A stretch of 64,000 nt of DNA from an uncultured Gemmatimonadaceae bacterium (GCA_963761305.1 CAVXGK010000002.1:1760001-1824000); one strand, 5' to 3'; positions 11,475-21,767 are shown, counted from the stretch's first letter. Notes: a model not told the origin generated them from the sequence alone. Program-made: numbers and translations.

Positions 11475-13304
11475 TCACTCCACCGTGACGGACTTCGCCA
11501 GGTTTCTGGGCTGATCCACGTTGAGCCCGCGCTTCACCGCGATGTAGTACGCAAGCAGTTGAAGCGGGATCACCGTCAGGACCGGGTAGAGCATGTCGAT
11601 CGTCTGCGGGACGCGGATCTCGTGGTCGATCATGCCCTCGAGCACGGGCTCGGTCTGGCTCGTGATGCAGATGACCTTTCCGCCGCGCGCTTTCACTTCC
11701 TGGATGTTCGACACGACCTTCTCGAACACCGCGTCGTGCGGCGCGACGAACACTACCGGCATTTCAGAGTCGATCAGCGCGATCGGACCGTGCTTCATCT
11801 CCGCCGCGGGATATCCCTCGGCGTGGATGTAACTGATTTCTTTGAGTTTGAGCGCCCCTTCGAGGGCCACCGGGAAGTTGTAGCCGCGGCCGAGGTACAA
11901 GAAGTTCGTGGCGTTCTTGAACCGCTCGGCGAGCGCCTCGATCTCCGGCGCCCGGTCGAGAATCGACTGAATCTGCTCCGGCAGAGCGAGCATCGCTTGC
12001 GCCAGTTCCTTGCCGGCGACGAGCGACATCGTTCGCAGGCGCGCCAGCTTGAGCGTGAGCAGGGCGAGCGCGATGACCTGGCTGGTGAACGCCTTGGTCG
12101 ACGCGACGCCGATCTCTGGTCCGGCGTGGAGATAGATGCCGCCGTTGTCCTCGCGGGCGATCGTCGAGCCGACGACGTTGACGAGACCGAGCGTCTTTGC
12201 GCCGCGGCGCTTCGCCTCGCGCATCGCGGCGAGCGTGTCGGCCGTCTCACCCGATTGCGAGATCACGACGCACAGCGTCTTGTCGTCGACGATCGGGTTG
12301 CGGTAGCGGAACTCCGACGCGTACTCGACTTCCGCGTGAGTGCGCGCCAGCTCCTCGATGTACATGCCGCCGATCAAACCAGAATGCCAGCTGGTGCCGC
12401 ACGCCGTGATCACGACTTGATTGATCGACTGGAGCTCGTCGCGGCTCAGATTCAGACCGCCGAGCTTGGAAAAGCCTTCTTCGACGACGAGGCGGCCGCG
12501 CATCGTGTTCTGAATCGTCTGCGGCTGCTCGAAGATTTCCTTGAGCATGAAGTGATCGAAACCGCCCTTCTCGATCTCGTCGAGCGACCAGTCGATGCGG
12601 CTCACGCCCTTCGACACGCGGCGCGCGTTGAGGTCGAGGACCTCGTAGCCGTCCTTCGTCAACACGCCCATCTCGCCATCGTCGAGATAGACGACCTGGC
12701 GCGTGTGCTTGAGGATCGCCGCGACGTCGCTCGCCACGTAGTTCTCGCCGTCGCCAAGTCCGATGAGCAGCGGGCTGCCCTGTCGCGCGCAGACGATCTT
12801 GCCCGGCTCCTTGCTCGACAGCACCGCGATGCCGTAGGTGCCCTCGACGAGATTGAGGGCGTCGATGACCGCGTCTTCGAGCGGCTCGTCGGCGTACGCG
12901 GCTTCGATCAGATGCGCCAGGACTTCCGTGTCCGTCTCCGACTTGAACGTGTGTCCCTGCATCTGCAGCATTTTCCGCAGGGCGCTGAAGTTCTCGATGA
13001 TGCCGTTGTGGACGACGGCGATCGTGTTCGTGCAGTCGATCTGCGGGTGCGCGTTGCCGACGCTCGGCGCGCCGTGCGTGGCCCAGCGGGTGTGCGCGAT
13101 GCCGACAGTCCCGTGGATCGGGTTCGTGCTCAGCACCGACTCGAGCATCGAGATCTTGCCTTTCGCCTTGCGCGTCTCGAGGCCGTTGCCGTTGCTCATC
13201 GCGATCCCGGCCGAGTCGTAGCCGCGATACTCGAGGCGCTTGAGCCCCTCGATCAGCACCGTTCCCGCGCTACGCGACCCGACGTATCCAACTATTCCGC
13301 ACAT
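11475..13304 (-). CDS. glmS: Glutamine--fructose-6-phosphate transaminase
   Basis: MCGIVG, LEYRGYDSAG, HTRWATHG, SQSGETADT, PRNLAKSVTVE. Confidence 0.98.
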   Translation of the reverse strand: MCGIVGYVGSRSAGTVLIEGLKRLEYRGYDSAGIAMSNGNGLETRKAKGKISMLESVLSTNPIHGTVGIAHTRWATHGAPSVGNAHPQIDCTNTIAVVHNGIIENFSALRKMLQMQGHTFKSETDTEVLAHLIEAAYADEPLEDAVIDALNLVEGTYGIAVLSSKEPGKIVCARQGSPLLIGLGDGENYVASDVAAILKHTRQVVYLDDGEMGVLTKDGYEVLDLNARRVSKGVSRIDWSLDEIEKGGFDHFMLKEIFEQPQTIQNTMRGRLVVEEGFSKLGGLNLSRDELQSINQVVITACGTSWHSGLIGGMYIEELARTHAEVEYASEFRYRNPIVDDKTLCVVISQSGETADTLAAMREAKRRGAKTLGLVNVVGSTIAREDNGGIYLHAGPEIGVASTKAFTSQVIALALLTLKLARLRTMSLVAGKELAQAMLALPEQIQSILDRAPEIEALAERFKNATNFLYLGRGYNFPVALEGALKLKEISYIHAEGYPAAEMKHGPIALIDSEMPVVFVAPHDAVFEKVVSNIQEVKARGGKVICITSQTEPVLEGMIDHEIRVPQTIDMLYPVLTVIPLQLLAYYIAVKRGLNVDQPRNLAKSVTVE

Positions 13305-13319
13305 GACTTGCGATCCTGT

Positions 13320-14708
13320 TCAATGTTGAGCAGCGAGCGCGTCGAGCGGCGCGCGGGACCGACGAACCAACTCTCGAGCAGCCGCGTCGGTCGGCGCCTC
13401 GGCTATCACACGTACGATGGGCTCGGTGCCGGACGGTCGAACGTGCACCCACCGATCGCTCCAAGCGAGTCTGAGCCCATCCTGCGCGTCGGCGTCGGCA
13501 TCCGGGAACGCGGCGCGCAGCGCTTCATACACCGCGCCCAGCGGAGCGGCCGGCCGGTCGAGCTTGTCCTTTACGATCACGTACTTGGGAAGTCCCGCGA
13601 CGATCTCGGACAGAGAGCGATTCTCCTCGTGAAGCAGTTGCAGAATGAGCGCCGCGCCCACCGGCGCATCCCGTCCAAGATGCAGCTCGGACAGAATCAC
13701 GCCACCGTTGCCCTCGCCGCCGACAGGGGCCTGTTCGTCGCGCATCCGCACCGCGACGTTCACCTCGCCGACCGGCGACCTCACGATGGGAACCCCAGCC
13801 GCCACCGCCACATCCTCGACGATTCGACTGGTGGAAAGATTCGTTACAACCACGCCGCGCCGGTGCCGCAGGACGAGGCGGGCCGCCAGCGCGAGCGTGA
13901 AGTCCTCGCCGATCGCCTTCCCTTCATTTGAGACCAAGGCGAGCCGGTCGACGTCGGGATCTACGGCGAGCCCGATCGCCGCGCCGGCCTGAAGCACGAG
14001 TCGTTCCAAGTCGCCAAGATTCTCGGGCACCGGTTCGGGTGGGCGAGGAAACCGACCATCGGCCTCGGCGTTGATCGTCGTCACGTGGCAGCCGAGTCGC
14101 TCGAGCAACTCGGGCATGATCGCGCTCCCGGCGCCGCGCACGCAGTCGAGTGCAACGGCGAAGTGCCGGCCGCGAATTCCCTCGACGTCGAGATACGGTA
14201 TCGCAAGGACACGATCGATGTGTCGCGCAATCGCACGGTCGTCGATCTCGATGGTCCCGAGGCGATCCCACGTCGCGCGCGGGATGGTGCCGTCGATGAG
14301 GGCCCGCATCTCCGTTCCCTGGGACGCCTCGAGAAAAAGCCCCGTCGGCCCGATGAACTTGAGCGCGTTCCACTCGATGGGATTGTGGCTCGCCGAGATC
14401 ATGAGCCCGCCGGCCGCGTGGTGATACTCCACGGCGAGCTGGCAGGTCGGGGTGGTCGTGAGCCCGATGTCGATGATGTCGCAGCCGACCGACTGCAGCG
14501 CGGACAGCGCAACGCGATGGAACATCGGGCCGGAGACGCGGCTGTCGCGGCCGACGACGATGCGGGCTTTTCCGTCGCGAGTTCGGGCCTGATGCGCCGA
14601 CCACGCGCCAAAAGCCGCCGCGTATTGCGCGACGACCTCCGGGGTGAGCGCTTCGCCTACGCGCCCACGAATGCCCGATACGCTGACCATCAATCCGTCG
14701 GTCGACAT
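13320..14708 (-). CDS. glmM: Phosphoglucosamine mutase / phosphohexomutase
   Basis: SASHNP, DPDVDR, GGEGNGG, RPSGTEP. Adjacent to glmS. Confidence 0.85.
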   Translation of the reverse strand: MSTDGLMVSVSGIRGRVGEALTPEVVAQYAAAFGAWSAHQARTRDGKARIVVGRDSRVSGPMFHRVALSALQSVGCDIIDIGLTTTPTCQLAVEYHHAAGGLMISASHNPIEWNALKFIGPTGLFLEASQGTEMRALIDGTIPRATWDRLGTIEIDDRAIARHIDRVLAIPYLDVEGIRGRHFAVALDCVRGAGSAIMPELLERLGCHVTTINAEADGRFPRPPEPVPENLGDLERLVLQAGAAIGLAVDPDVDRLALVSNEGKAIGEDFTLALAARLVLRHRRGVVVTNLSTSRIVEDVAVAAGVPIVRSPVGEVNVAVRMRDEQAPVGGEGNGGVILSELHLGRDAPVGAALILQLLHEENRSLSEIVAGLPKYVIVKDKLDRPAAPLGAVYEALRAAFPDADADAQDGLRLAWSDRWVHVRPSGTEPIVRVIAEAPTDAAARELVRRSRAPLDALAAQH

Positions 14709-14778
14709 CGGCCGAAAACTAGTCGTCGTGGGGAAGCAGGCGATGCAGCCGCCGAGGCTCGATGCGCCCCGCGATGCA

Positions 14779-15861
14779 TCAACGGGCGGCGATCAGCGGG
14801 CTGGTGAGGGCGGTTTTGGGAAGCAACTGCAGGTCGCCGGCGGCAACGGCGCGCGTGAGCGCCTCGGTCACGTCGGGGTCGAACTGCGTGAGCGCGTTCC
14901 GGCGAATCTCGTCGAGCGCCATGCGAAGCGACATCTCGCTCGGGCGGTACGGGCGATCGCTGGTCATCGCGTCGAGCGCGTCGGCCGCGGCGACGATCCG
15001 CGCCTCGAGCGGGATCGCGTTCCCGTGCAGCCCGTCGGGAATGCCGAGCCCGTCGAATCGTTCGTGGTGCGACCGCACGATGTTGAGCGCGCACGGCCGG
15101 TCGCCGAGGAGCGGCGCGAGAATGCGCCACCCCAGCACCGGGTGAGTCATGATGTGCTCGTACTCTTCGGCGGTCAGCCGCTCGGCCTTGTTCAGCACGG
15201 TCTCGCGCACGCCGATCTTGCCGATGTCGTGGACGTGTCCGCCGAGCTCCACCTGTCGAAGCATGTCGCCGCCCAAACCTATCGCGCGGGCGATCGCGCT
15301 CGAGTACTGACTCACCCGAATCGAGTGTCCGCGGGTGTACGGATCCTTGAGCTCGAGCGCTTCAGCGAGCGATTGGATGCTGGCGAGGAAGAGCTCCTCG
15401 TTCTTGCGCGCCTGTTCTTTGACGCGATCCTCGAGGCGTTCGCGGTAGGCGCGATTCTCGAGCAGCAGACGGCGCTTGTCGAGAGCCTGCGCCACACGGG
15501 CACGCACATCCTCGAGCTGATACGGCTTGATCACGTAGTCGGCCGCGCCGCCGGCGAGACAATTCACGGCGACCTCGACGTCGGCGACCGCGGTGATCAA
15601 CACGACGGCGAGATCGGGGTGTCGCTTGCGCGATTCGCGGAGCAGCTCGAAGCCGTCCATCTTGGGCATGCGCAGATCGCTCAGCATGAGCGACACTGCC
15701 TGGCGCTCGAGCTGCTCGAGTGCCTCGATGCCGTTGGCTGCTTCGATGCACTGAAAGCCGTCGCCGCGCATCAGGTGGACCATCGCCTGGCGCAAACGCG
15801 GCTCATCGTCGACGATCAGACAGCAGGGTGAGGCGAGTGACTCGTGCGGTCGTGCGATCAT
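14779..15861 (-). CDS. Response regulator with HD-GYP-type output domain
   Basis: REC (IVDDE, SDLRMPKMDG, KPY) plus HD-GYP (YTRGHS, HDIGKIG, HHERFDG, RPYR). Confidence 0.9.
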   Translation of the reverse strand: MIARPHESLASPCCLIVDDEPRLRQAMVHLMRGDGFQCIEAANGIEALEQLERQAVSLMLSDLRMPKMDGFELLRESRKRHPDLAVVLITAVADVEVAVNCLAGGAADYVIKPYQLEDVRARVAQALDKRRLLLENRAYRERLEDRVKEQARKNEELFLASIQSLAEALELKDPYTRGHSIRVSQYSSAIARAIGLGGDMLRQVELGGHVHDIGKIGVRETVLNKAERLTAEEYEHIMTHPVLGWRILAPLLGDRPCALNIVRSHHERFDGLGIPDGLHGNAIPLEARIVAAADALDAMTSDRPYRPSEMSLRMALDEIRRNALTQFDPDVTEALTRAVAAGDLQLLPKTALTSPLIAAR

Positions 15862-15934
15862 CGAATGGGGTTCGGTTTCGTCAGACGGCCATCACGGGTT
15901 AACTTCTACGCATGGCACAGGATAGAGTATCGGC

Positions 15935-17173
15935 ATGACACGCGTCTTTGATGACGACCTCGCGCCAGGCTTTGGCACCCGCGCGATCCACGCCGGACAG
16001 CGCCCCGACCCCCTCGCCGGGGCCATCATGACTCCGGTGTACCTGACGTCGACCTACGTCCAAGAGGGGTTGGGTCAGAACAAGGGCTACGAGTACGCCC
16101 GCGGAAAAAACCCCACCCGCGAGGCGTTCGAGCGGAATGTCGCCGCGCTGGAGAACGGCCGACACGGATTCGCATTCTCGAGCGGCATGGGCTGCCTCGA
16201 CTCGATCATGAAGCTGTTCAAGGCAGGCGACCACGTCGTGTGCGCCGAGAACGTGTACGGCGGCACCTTCCGTCTGTTCGACGAGATCCTTCAGAACTTC
16301 TCGCTGACTTTTGCATACATCGACACGCGCGATCCGCAGCGCGTCGCCGACGCGATGCGACCCGAAACGCGACTCGTGCTCGTCGAGACGCCGAGCAACC
16401 CGCTGATGCGTCTCACCGACATCGCGGCGGTGGCGGAGATCGCGCATCGCGGCCGCGCGCTGCTCGTCGTCGACAACACGTTCGCGTCGCCCTATTTCCA
16501 GCGGCCGCTCGAGCTGGGCGCGGACGTCGTCTATCATTCGACCACCAAATACCTCAACGGCCACAGCGACATGATCGGTGGGTGCGCCGTGACGCGCGAC
16601 GACGATTTGGCCACGCGGCTGCAGTTCATCCACAACGCGGCGGGCGCGGTCGCCGGCCCGTTCGACGCCTGGCTCGCGCTGCGCGGCACGAAGACGCTGC
16701 ACCTTCGCATGCGCCAGCACGACGCCAACGGACGTGAGATCGCCAAGTGGCTGGTCGAGCGCGTGGGTGCCGAGAACGTGTATTACATCGGCCTGCCGAC
16801 GCATCCGCAGCACGAGTTGGCCAAGCGACAAATGTCCGGGTTCGGTGGGATGATCAGCGTCGAGCTGGGGACGAAGGAGCGCGCGGCGCACGTACTCGGA
16901 CGGGTTCGCGTCTTCGCACTCGCCGAGTCGCTGGGTGGCGTCGAGTCGCTGATCAGCCAACCCGCGGGAATGACCCACGCGTCGGTCCCACCGGATCGTC
17001 GCGCGGCCATGGGCCTCAGCGACGGCCTGGTCCGGCTGTCGTGCGGGGTGGAAGACGTGGGCGACCTGCTGGCCGACCTCGGACAGGCGTTCGAAGGGAT
17101 TCCCGAACGCGCCGGGCGGGAACCCGCGCGAGTAACTCGAGCGCGCGACACAATCGGCAGCGGGGCACCGTAG
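15935..17173 (+). CDS. Cystathionine gamma-lyase/synthase (Cys/Met PLP-dependent enzyme)
   Basis: YARGKNPT, SSGMG, ETPSNP, DNTFASP, STTKYLNGHSD, AESLGGVESL. Confidence 0.92.
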   Translation: MTRVFDDDLAPGFGTRAIHAGQRPDPLAGAIMTPVYLTSTYVQEGLGQNKGYEYARGKNPTREAFERNVAALENGRHGFAFSSGMGCLDSIMKLFKAGDHVVCAENVYGGTFRLFDEILQNFSLTFAYIDTRDPQRVADAMRPETRLVLVETPSNPLMRLTDIAAVAEIAHRGRALLVVDNTFASPYFQRPLELGADVVYHSTTKYLNGHSDMIGGCAVTRDDDLATRLQFIHNAAGAVAGPFDAWLALRGTKTLHLRMRQHDANGREIAKWLVERVGAENVYYIGLPTHPQHELAKRQMSGFGGMISVELGTKERAAHVLGRVRVFALAESLGGVESLISQPAGMTHASVPPDRRAAMGLSDGLVRLSCGVEDVGDLLADLGQAFEGIPERAGREPARVTRARDTIGSGAP

Positions 17174-17224
17174 GGCTCGAGGCGAATCCCGCCCACACAC
17201 AGCGACCCTCATCCAAACTTCGCC

Positions 17225-18199
17225 ATGGCAAACCGCGTCCAGCTCGTTCAGATCTCGTCCCGCGCGTGGGAACACCCGGCCGACCGCGCCGCGCTCAACA
17301 CGCTCCGCGCGATTCCCGGTTTCGACGAGGTGGTGAGAAAGGTCGCCGGATTTTTCGGGGAACGCGGAATTCGCCAGCTGTTCCTCGGCGACGCGGTGCA
17401 GGTGACCGCCGGTCAACGCCCGCAGCTCAACGCGCTGTGGACCGAGGTGCTCGAGACGCTCGATTGGCCCGAACGCCCGGAGCTCTACGTGACCCAGACG
17501 CCGATCGCGAACGCAATGGCGGTGGGATTCGACAAGCCGTTCGTCGTGATGAACTCCGGCCTGCTCGAGATCCTCGACGAAGACGAGATCCGCTCGATCC
17601 TCGGCCACGAGCTCGGCCACATCATGAGCGGACACCCGACGTACACGACGATCGCGGTGATCCTCATGTATTTCGGCGTGAGCAACCTGCCCTTCCTCGC
17701 CGCCGCCGCGCTGCTGCCCTTCCAGCTCGCGCTGCTCGAGTGGAGCCGCAAGAGCGAGTTCTCTTCGGACCGCGCCGGTCTGCTCGCCGTGCAGGACCTG
17801 AACACGGTGATGGGCGCCGAGATGAAGCTGGCCGGCGGCAAGCCGTACGGCGATCAGCTGCGCGTCGAAGAGTTCATCCGTCAGGCCGAGCAGTACGAGA
17901 CGGGCGGCGACGCGTGGGACACTGTTCTGAAGATTCTCAACACCGTGATGCGCACGCACCCGATGCACACCGTGCGCGCGGCCGAGTTGCTTCGCTGGCA
18001 GCGCGCGGGCGGCTTCGACAAGATCATCGCGGGCGACTACGTGCGTCGCGGCAACGGCGACAAGGATCAGCCGCTCGGCAACGACTACGCCGACGCCGCC
18101 GGCTACTACGGCGAGAAGACGCGCGAGACGGTCAACCAGTTCAAGGAAGGGCTCGGCCGCGCGCGCGATGCGGTGAGCTCGGCGTGGCGGAATCGCTGA
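17225..18199 (+). CDS. M48 family Zn metallopeptidase
   Basis: WEHPADR, GHELGHI (HExxH), WSRKSEFSSDRAG, THP. Confidence 0.88.
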   Translation: MANRVQLVQISSRAWEHPADRAALNTLRAIPGFDEVVRKVAGFFGERGIRQLFLGDAVQVTAGQRPQLNALWTEVLETLDWPERPELYVTQTPIANAMAVGFDKPFVVMNSGLLEILDEDEIRSILGHELGHIMSGHPTYTTIAVILMYFGVSNLPFLAAAALLPFQLALLEWSRKSEFSSDRAGLLAVQDLNTVMGAEMKLAGGKPYGDQLRVEEFIRQAEQYETGGDAWDTVLKILNTVMRTHPMHTVRAAELLRWQRAGGFDKIIAGDYVRRGNGDKDQPLGNDYADAAGYYGEKTRETVNQFKEGLGRARDAVSSAWRNR

Positions 18200-19503
18200 C
18201 GGTTCTCATCGTCGGTGGCGGCGGGCGCGAACACGCGCTCGCCTGGCGCATGCATCAGGAAAATCCGTCAGCTCGCATTCTCGCCGCGCCCGGCAATCCG
18301 GGCATCGCCGAGCTGGCTACGTGTGTGCCCGTCCGCGCGAAGGACTTCGCGGGGCTCGCCGCGCTGGCGAGACAGGAAGGCGTCGACTGGACGCTCGTTG
18401 GTCCCGAGGCTCCGCTCGCGGCCGGACTCGCCGACGCGTTTCGCGCCGAGTCGCTGCCGATCTTCGGACCCACGCGAGCCGCCGCGGCGATCGAATCGTC
18501 CAAGGCGTTCGCGAAAGAGGTCATGGTCGAAGCGAACGTTCCGACGGCGCGTGCGCGGACGTGTCGATCGATCGCGGTCGCCGAACGGGCGATCGACGAG
18601 CTGGCCGATGACGCCGGCCGCGTCGTCGTCAAAGCATCGGGACTCGCCGCTGGCAAAGGCGTGATCGTGGCCCCGAGTCGCGCGGCCGCGCGGCAGGCGG
18701 CGGCCGCCATGCTGTCCGACCGCACGTTCGGAGACGCGGGCGATACGGTGCTGGTCGAGGAGTTCATGGACGGTGAGGAGCTGTCGCTTTTCGCGATCAC
18801 CGACGGCGAGCGCGTGATCACGCTTCCAGCGTCGCAGGATCACAAGCGCCTGCGAGACGGCGACCGCGGTCCGAACACCGGCGGAATGGGCGCGTATTCC
18901 CCTGTCTCTATCGCCGACGCACCGGGGTTCAACGATGACGTCGTCGAGCGGATCGTTCGACCGACGCTGGCTACGCTGGCTGAACGCGGGGCAACGTTCA
19001 CCGGATTGCTGTACGTCGGTCTCATGGTGACCGCGTCGGGTCCGAAGGTCGTCGAATTCAATTGCCGGTTCGGCGATCCTGAAACCGAGGCCGTGCTGCC
19101 GGCACTCGGCCCCGAGGCTCGCGTGTTCGACGCGATGGCCACCGTCGCGCGCGGCGGCCGGCTGTCCGAAGAGTTTGCGATTCCGGCTGAACGCGCCGCG
19201 GTCACGACGGTCGTCGCCGCCGCGGGTTATCCGGAGAAGCCGCGCACCGGCGACCCGATCCGATTTCCAGCGTCCGCGCCCGACGTGCTCGTGTTTCACG
19301 CCGGCACGGCGCTGGGCGCGAGCGGGGCGGTCGAGACGTCGGGCGGTCGCGTGCTGGCGGTGACCGGCGTGGGCGCGTCGCTCGAGGGCGCGCGGGCGCG
19401 CAGCCAGGAAGCGGCTCGCGCGATCGAATTCGCGGGCAAGCAGTACCGCTCGGACATCGCATGGCGCGAACTTTCGCGCCGTGCCCGAGCTTCCCGAGAC
19501 TGA
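18184..19503 (+). CDS. purD: Phosphoribosylamine--glycine ligase
   Basis: GGGGREHALAW, GLAAGKGV, QDHKR, GPNTGGMGAYSP, EFNCRFGDPE. Start approximate. Confidence 0.95.
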   Translation: MAESLTVLIVGGGGREHALAWRMHQENPSARILAAPGNPGIAELATCVPVRAKDFAGLAALARQEGVDWTLVGPEAPLAAGLADAFRAESLPIFGPTRAAAAIESSKAFAKEVMVEANVPTARARTCRSIAVAERAIDELADDAGRVVVKASGLAAGKGVIVAPSRAAARQAAAAMLSDRTFGDAGDTVLVEEFMDGEELSLFAITDGERVITLPASQDHKRLRDGDRGPNTGGMGAYSPVSIADAPGFNDDVVERIVRPTLATLAERGATFTGLLYVGLMVTASGPKVVEFNCRFGDPETEAVLPALGPEARVFDAMATVARGGRLSEEFAIPAERAAVTTVVAAAGYPEKPRTGDPIRFPASAPDVLVFHAGTALGASGAVETSGGRVLAVTGVGASLEGARARSQEAARAIEFAGKQYRSDIAWRELSRRARASRD

Positions 19504-20308
19504 GACGATCGCGCGCGACCTCGATGGCGAGGTCGCGGGGCGCCGCATCGAACGGGTCGTCGTGCGCCGCGCCGACGTGCTGCGCGAGACATCAGCCGCA
19601 CAATTCGCGCGCCGCGTCTCGGGCGCCACGATCGAGCGATGCTGGCGCCGCGCCAAGCTCGTGGTGATGTCGCTGTCGACGGACGAGCAGATCGTCGTGC
19701 AACCTCGCTTCACCGGAGCGGTACTGATCGACGACGGGAGTTTGGCCGCCGCCGAGCGCCGGTACTCCACGATCAAGGTCGTGCTCGACGACGGGCGCGC
19801 CCTTCACTACCGCGACGTTCGGCGGCTGGGAACGGTGACCGTGATGTCGGCGGCGCGTTTCGCCGCGTACACGTCGTCGCTCGGCGTGGAACCACTTGAC
19901 CGTGCGTTCACCGCCAAGCATCTATCGGCCCTCCTCAAAGACCGCCGCCAATCGATCAAGAAGACGTTGATGGATCAGCGCGTCGTCGCCGGCATCGGGA
20001 ACATCTACGCCAATGAATCCCTGTGGCGCGCGGGAATCGACCCGTCGCGCGCGGCGGGGTCGATCGTGACCAGCGAAGCCGACGCGCTGCGGCGCGAGAT
20101 CGTCGGCGTGCTGCGCGAATCGATCGCCGCGCGCGGAACGAGCTTTCGCGACTACCGTGATGCCCGCGGCGCGCGCGGCGGCTTCGTCGAGCACCTCGCG
20201 GTGTACGGCCGCGCCGGTGAGCCATGCACGAGGTGTGGCGCGCGCTTGATCGAGACGCACGCCATCGACGGACGCACGACGGTGCTATGCGCGCACTGCC
20301 AAAAGTGA
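19481..20308 (+). CDS. mutM: Formamidopyrimidine-DNA glycosylase
   Basis: MPELPE, GIGNIYANESL, C-terminal zinc finger CTRC...CAHCQ. Confidence 0.95.
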   Translation: MPELPETETIARDLDGEVAGRRIERVVVRRADVLRETSAAQFARRVSGATIERCWRRAKLVVMSLSTDEQIVVQPRFTGAVLIDDGSLAAAERRYSTIKVVLDDGRALHYRDVRRLGTVTVMSAARFAAYTSSLGVEPLDRAFTAKHLSALLKDRRQSIKKTLMDQRVVAGIGNIYANESLWRAGIDPSRAAGSIVTSEADALRREIVGVLRESIAARGTSFRDYRDARGARGGFVEHLAVYGRAGEPCTRCGARLIETHAIDGRTTVLCAHCQK

Positions 20309-21414
20309 AGCTGCTGCGACCGCCGACGTCCGACGCGCAGCTCCGCGTGATGCGCACGCTCGTCCGCGAGCAAGCGCTGGACCGGCCGGCCGTCTATCAG
20401 ATGATCGCCGCCGACGGCGAGATCGTGTACGTCGGCAAGTCGAAGCAGCTGCGGTCGCGGTTGCTCAGCTACTTTCGCGCCGACTTTCCGGAGGACAAGG
20501 GCGCGCGCATCCTGCGCGAAGCCGAGCGGATCGAGTGGGAATACGTGCCAAGCGAATTCGGCGCGCTGCTGAGCGAGCTGCGTCTCATCAAGCGATTCCG
20601 GCCTCGATTCAACGTCGCGATGAAACGCGACGGCCGAAACTACTGTTTCATCAAGATCACGAAGGCGCCGGCGCCCAAGCTCGTGGTCGTGCGCGGGCCG
20701 GGGAGCGACGACTCGGCGCTCTACTACGGACCGTTCATGGGCGCGATGGGCGTGAGCGAGGCGCTGCGCGAGTTGAACGACGTGTTGGGGCTGCGCGATT
20801 GCGCCGCCGACCAGCGGATGCACTTCGCCGATCAGCCCGAGCTGTTCGACTCGTTCCCGCGCACGCCCGGCTGCATTCGGTTCGAGGTCAAGAAGTGCAT
20901 CGGCCCGTGCGTCGGCGGATGCACGGTACACCAGTACGACGAGCGGCTGTTCCTGGCGCGCGCGTTTCTCGACGGCGTCGACGACGGGCCGATCGAGCGG
21001 TTGCACGGTGAGATGAACGACGCCAGCGCGCGCCTCGAATACGAGCGCGCGGCGTCGCTGCGCGACAAGATGCGGCGCCTGGAAGCCCTCCGCGGACAGT
21101 TTGCACGGCTGCGATTTGCCGTGGAGAACCTGTCGTTCGTCTATACGGTGCCGGGGTACGAGGGCGCCGACCGCGTCTACTTGATTCGACGCGGCCTCGT
21201 GCGCGCCGAGACCGCGGTGCCGACAACCACCGACGAGGCGGCGGCGCTCATGCACCTCATCGACGGCGTCTTCACGCCGGCGGAACGTGCCACGTCGCAG
21301 ATACCGACGCATGAGATCGACGAGCTGCTGCTGTTGTCGTCCTGGTTCCGGCGCTTCCCGGAAGAGCTGCACCGAACGAGTGCGTCGCCCGCCGGGGTCT
21401 CGGCGGCCTCGTAG
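20305..21414 (+). CDS. UvrC N-terminal-like nuclease (GIY-YIG, Cys cluster and UVR domain; Cho-like)
   Basis: PAVYQM, YVGKSKQLRSRLLSYF, ELRLIK..PRFN, YYGPF, four Cys (RDC, GC, KCIGPC), LEYERAASLRD. GTGA overlap with the mutM stop. Confidence 0.85.
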   Translation: MKLLRPPTSDAQLRVMRTLVREQALDRPAVYQMIAADGEIVYVGKSKQLRSRLLSYFRADFPEDKGARILREAERIEWEYVPSEFGALLSELRLIKRFRPRFNVAMKRDGRNYCFIKITKAPAPKLVVVRGPGSDDSALYYGPFMGAMGVSEALRELNDVLGLRDCAADQRMHFADQPELFDSFPRTPGCIRFEVKKCIGPCVGGCTVHQYDERLFLARAFLDGVDDGPIERLHGEMNDASARLEYERAASLRDKMRRLEALRGQFARLRFAVENLSFVYTVPGYEGADRVYLIRRGLVRAETAVPTTTDEAAALMHLIDGVFTPAERATSQIPTHEIDELLLLSSWFRRFPEELHRTSASPAGVSAAS

Positions 21415-21538
21415 ACGCCCTGCGGGTTCACGGCTGGGCCGCGACGCCGGAGCGACGACGACTGGCGCGCGTTCTGCACAGGGACACAGGCGCGCAGTTC
21501 GTGCGCGTACGTCACCTGCAACCCGCAGAATCGACCGA

Positions 21539-21760
21539 ATGGCGACGACGTCTTGGCAGCCGACCACGCTGGTCAAATGCGTAAGTCTGCGTCCGTGGCT
21601 CGTGTACCCCGGTTGCGACGAGCCCGGTGGTTGCCACGATCTCACGCTCGGCAAGATCTACGAGACGCTGGGGATCGAGGGCAGCGGGTCGTTTTATAGA
21701 ATCATTGACGACTCGGGCGAGGACTATCTCTACCCGGTGTCGCACTTCGCGCCGCTCTGA
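21539..21760 (+). CDS. Small conserved-looking hypothetical protein
   Basis: 73 aa. LTLGKIYE...RIIDDSGEDYLYP..HF resembles a widespread small uncharacterised family. Confidence 0.65.
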   Translation: MATTSWQPTTLVKCVSLRPWLVYPGCDEPGGCHDLTLGKIYETLGIEGSGSFYRIIDDSGEDYLYPVSHFAPL

Positions 21761-21767
21761 CGTCGCG

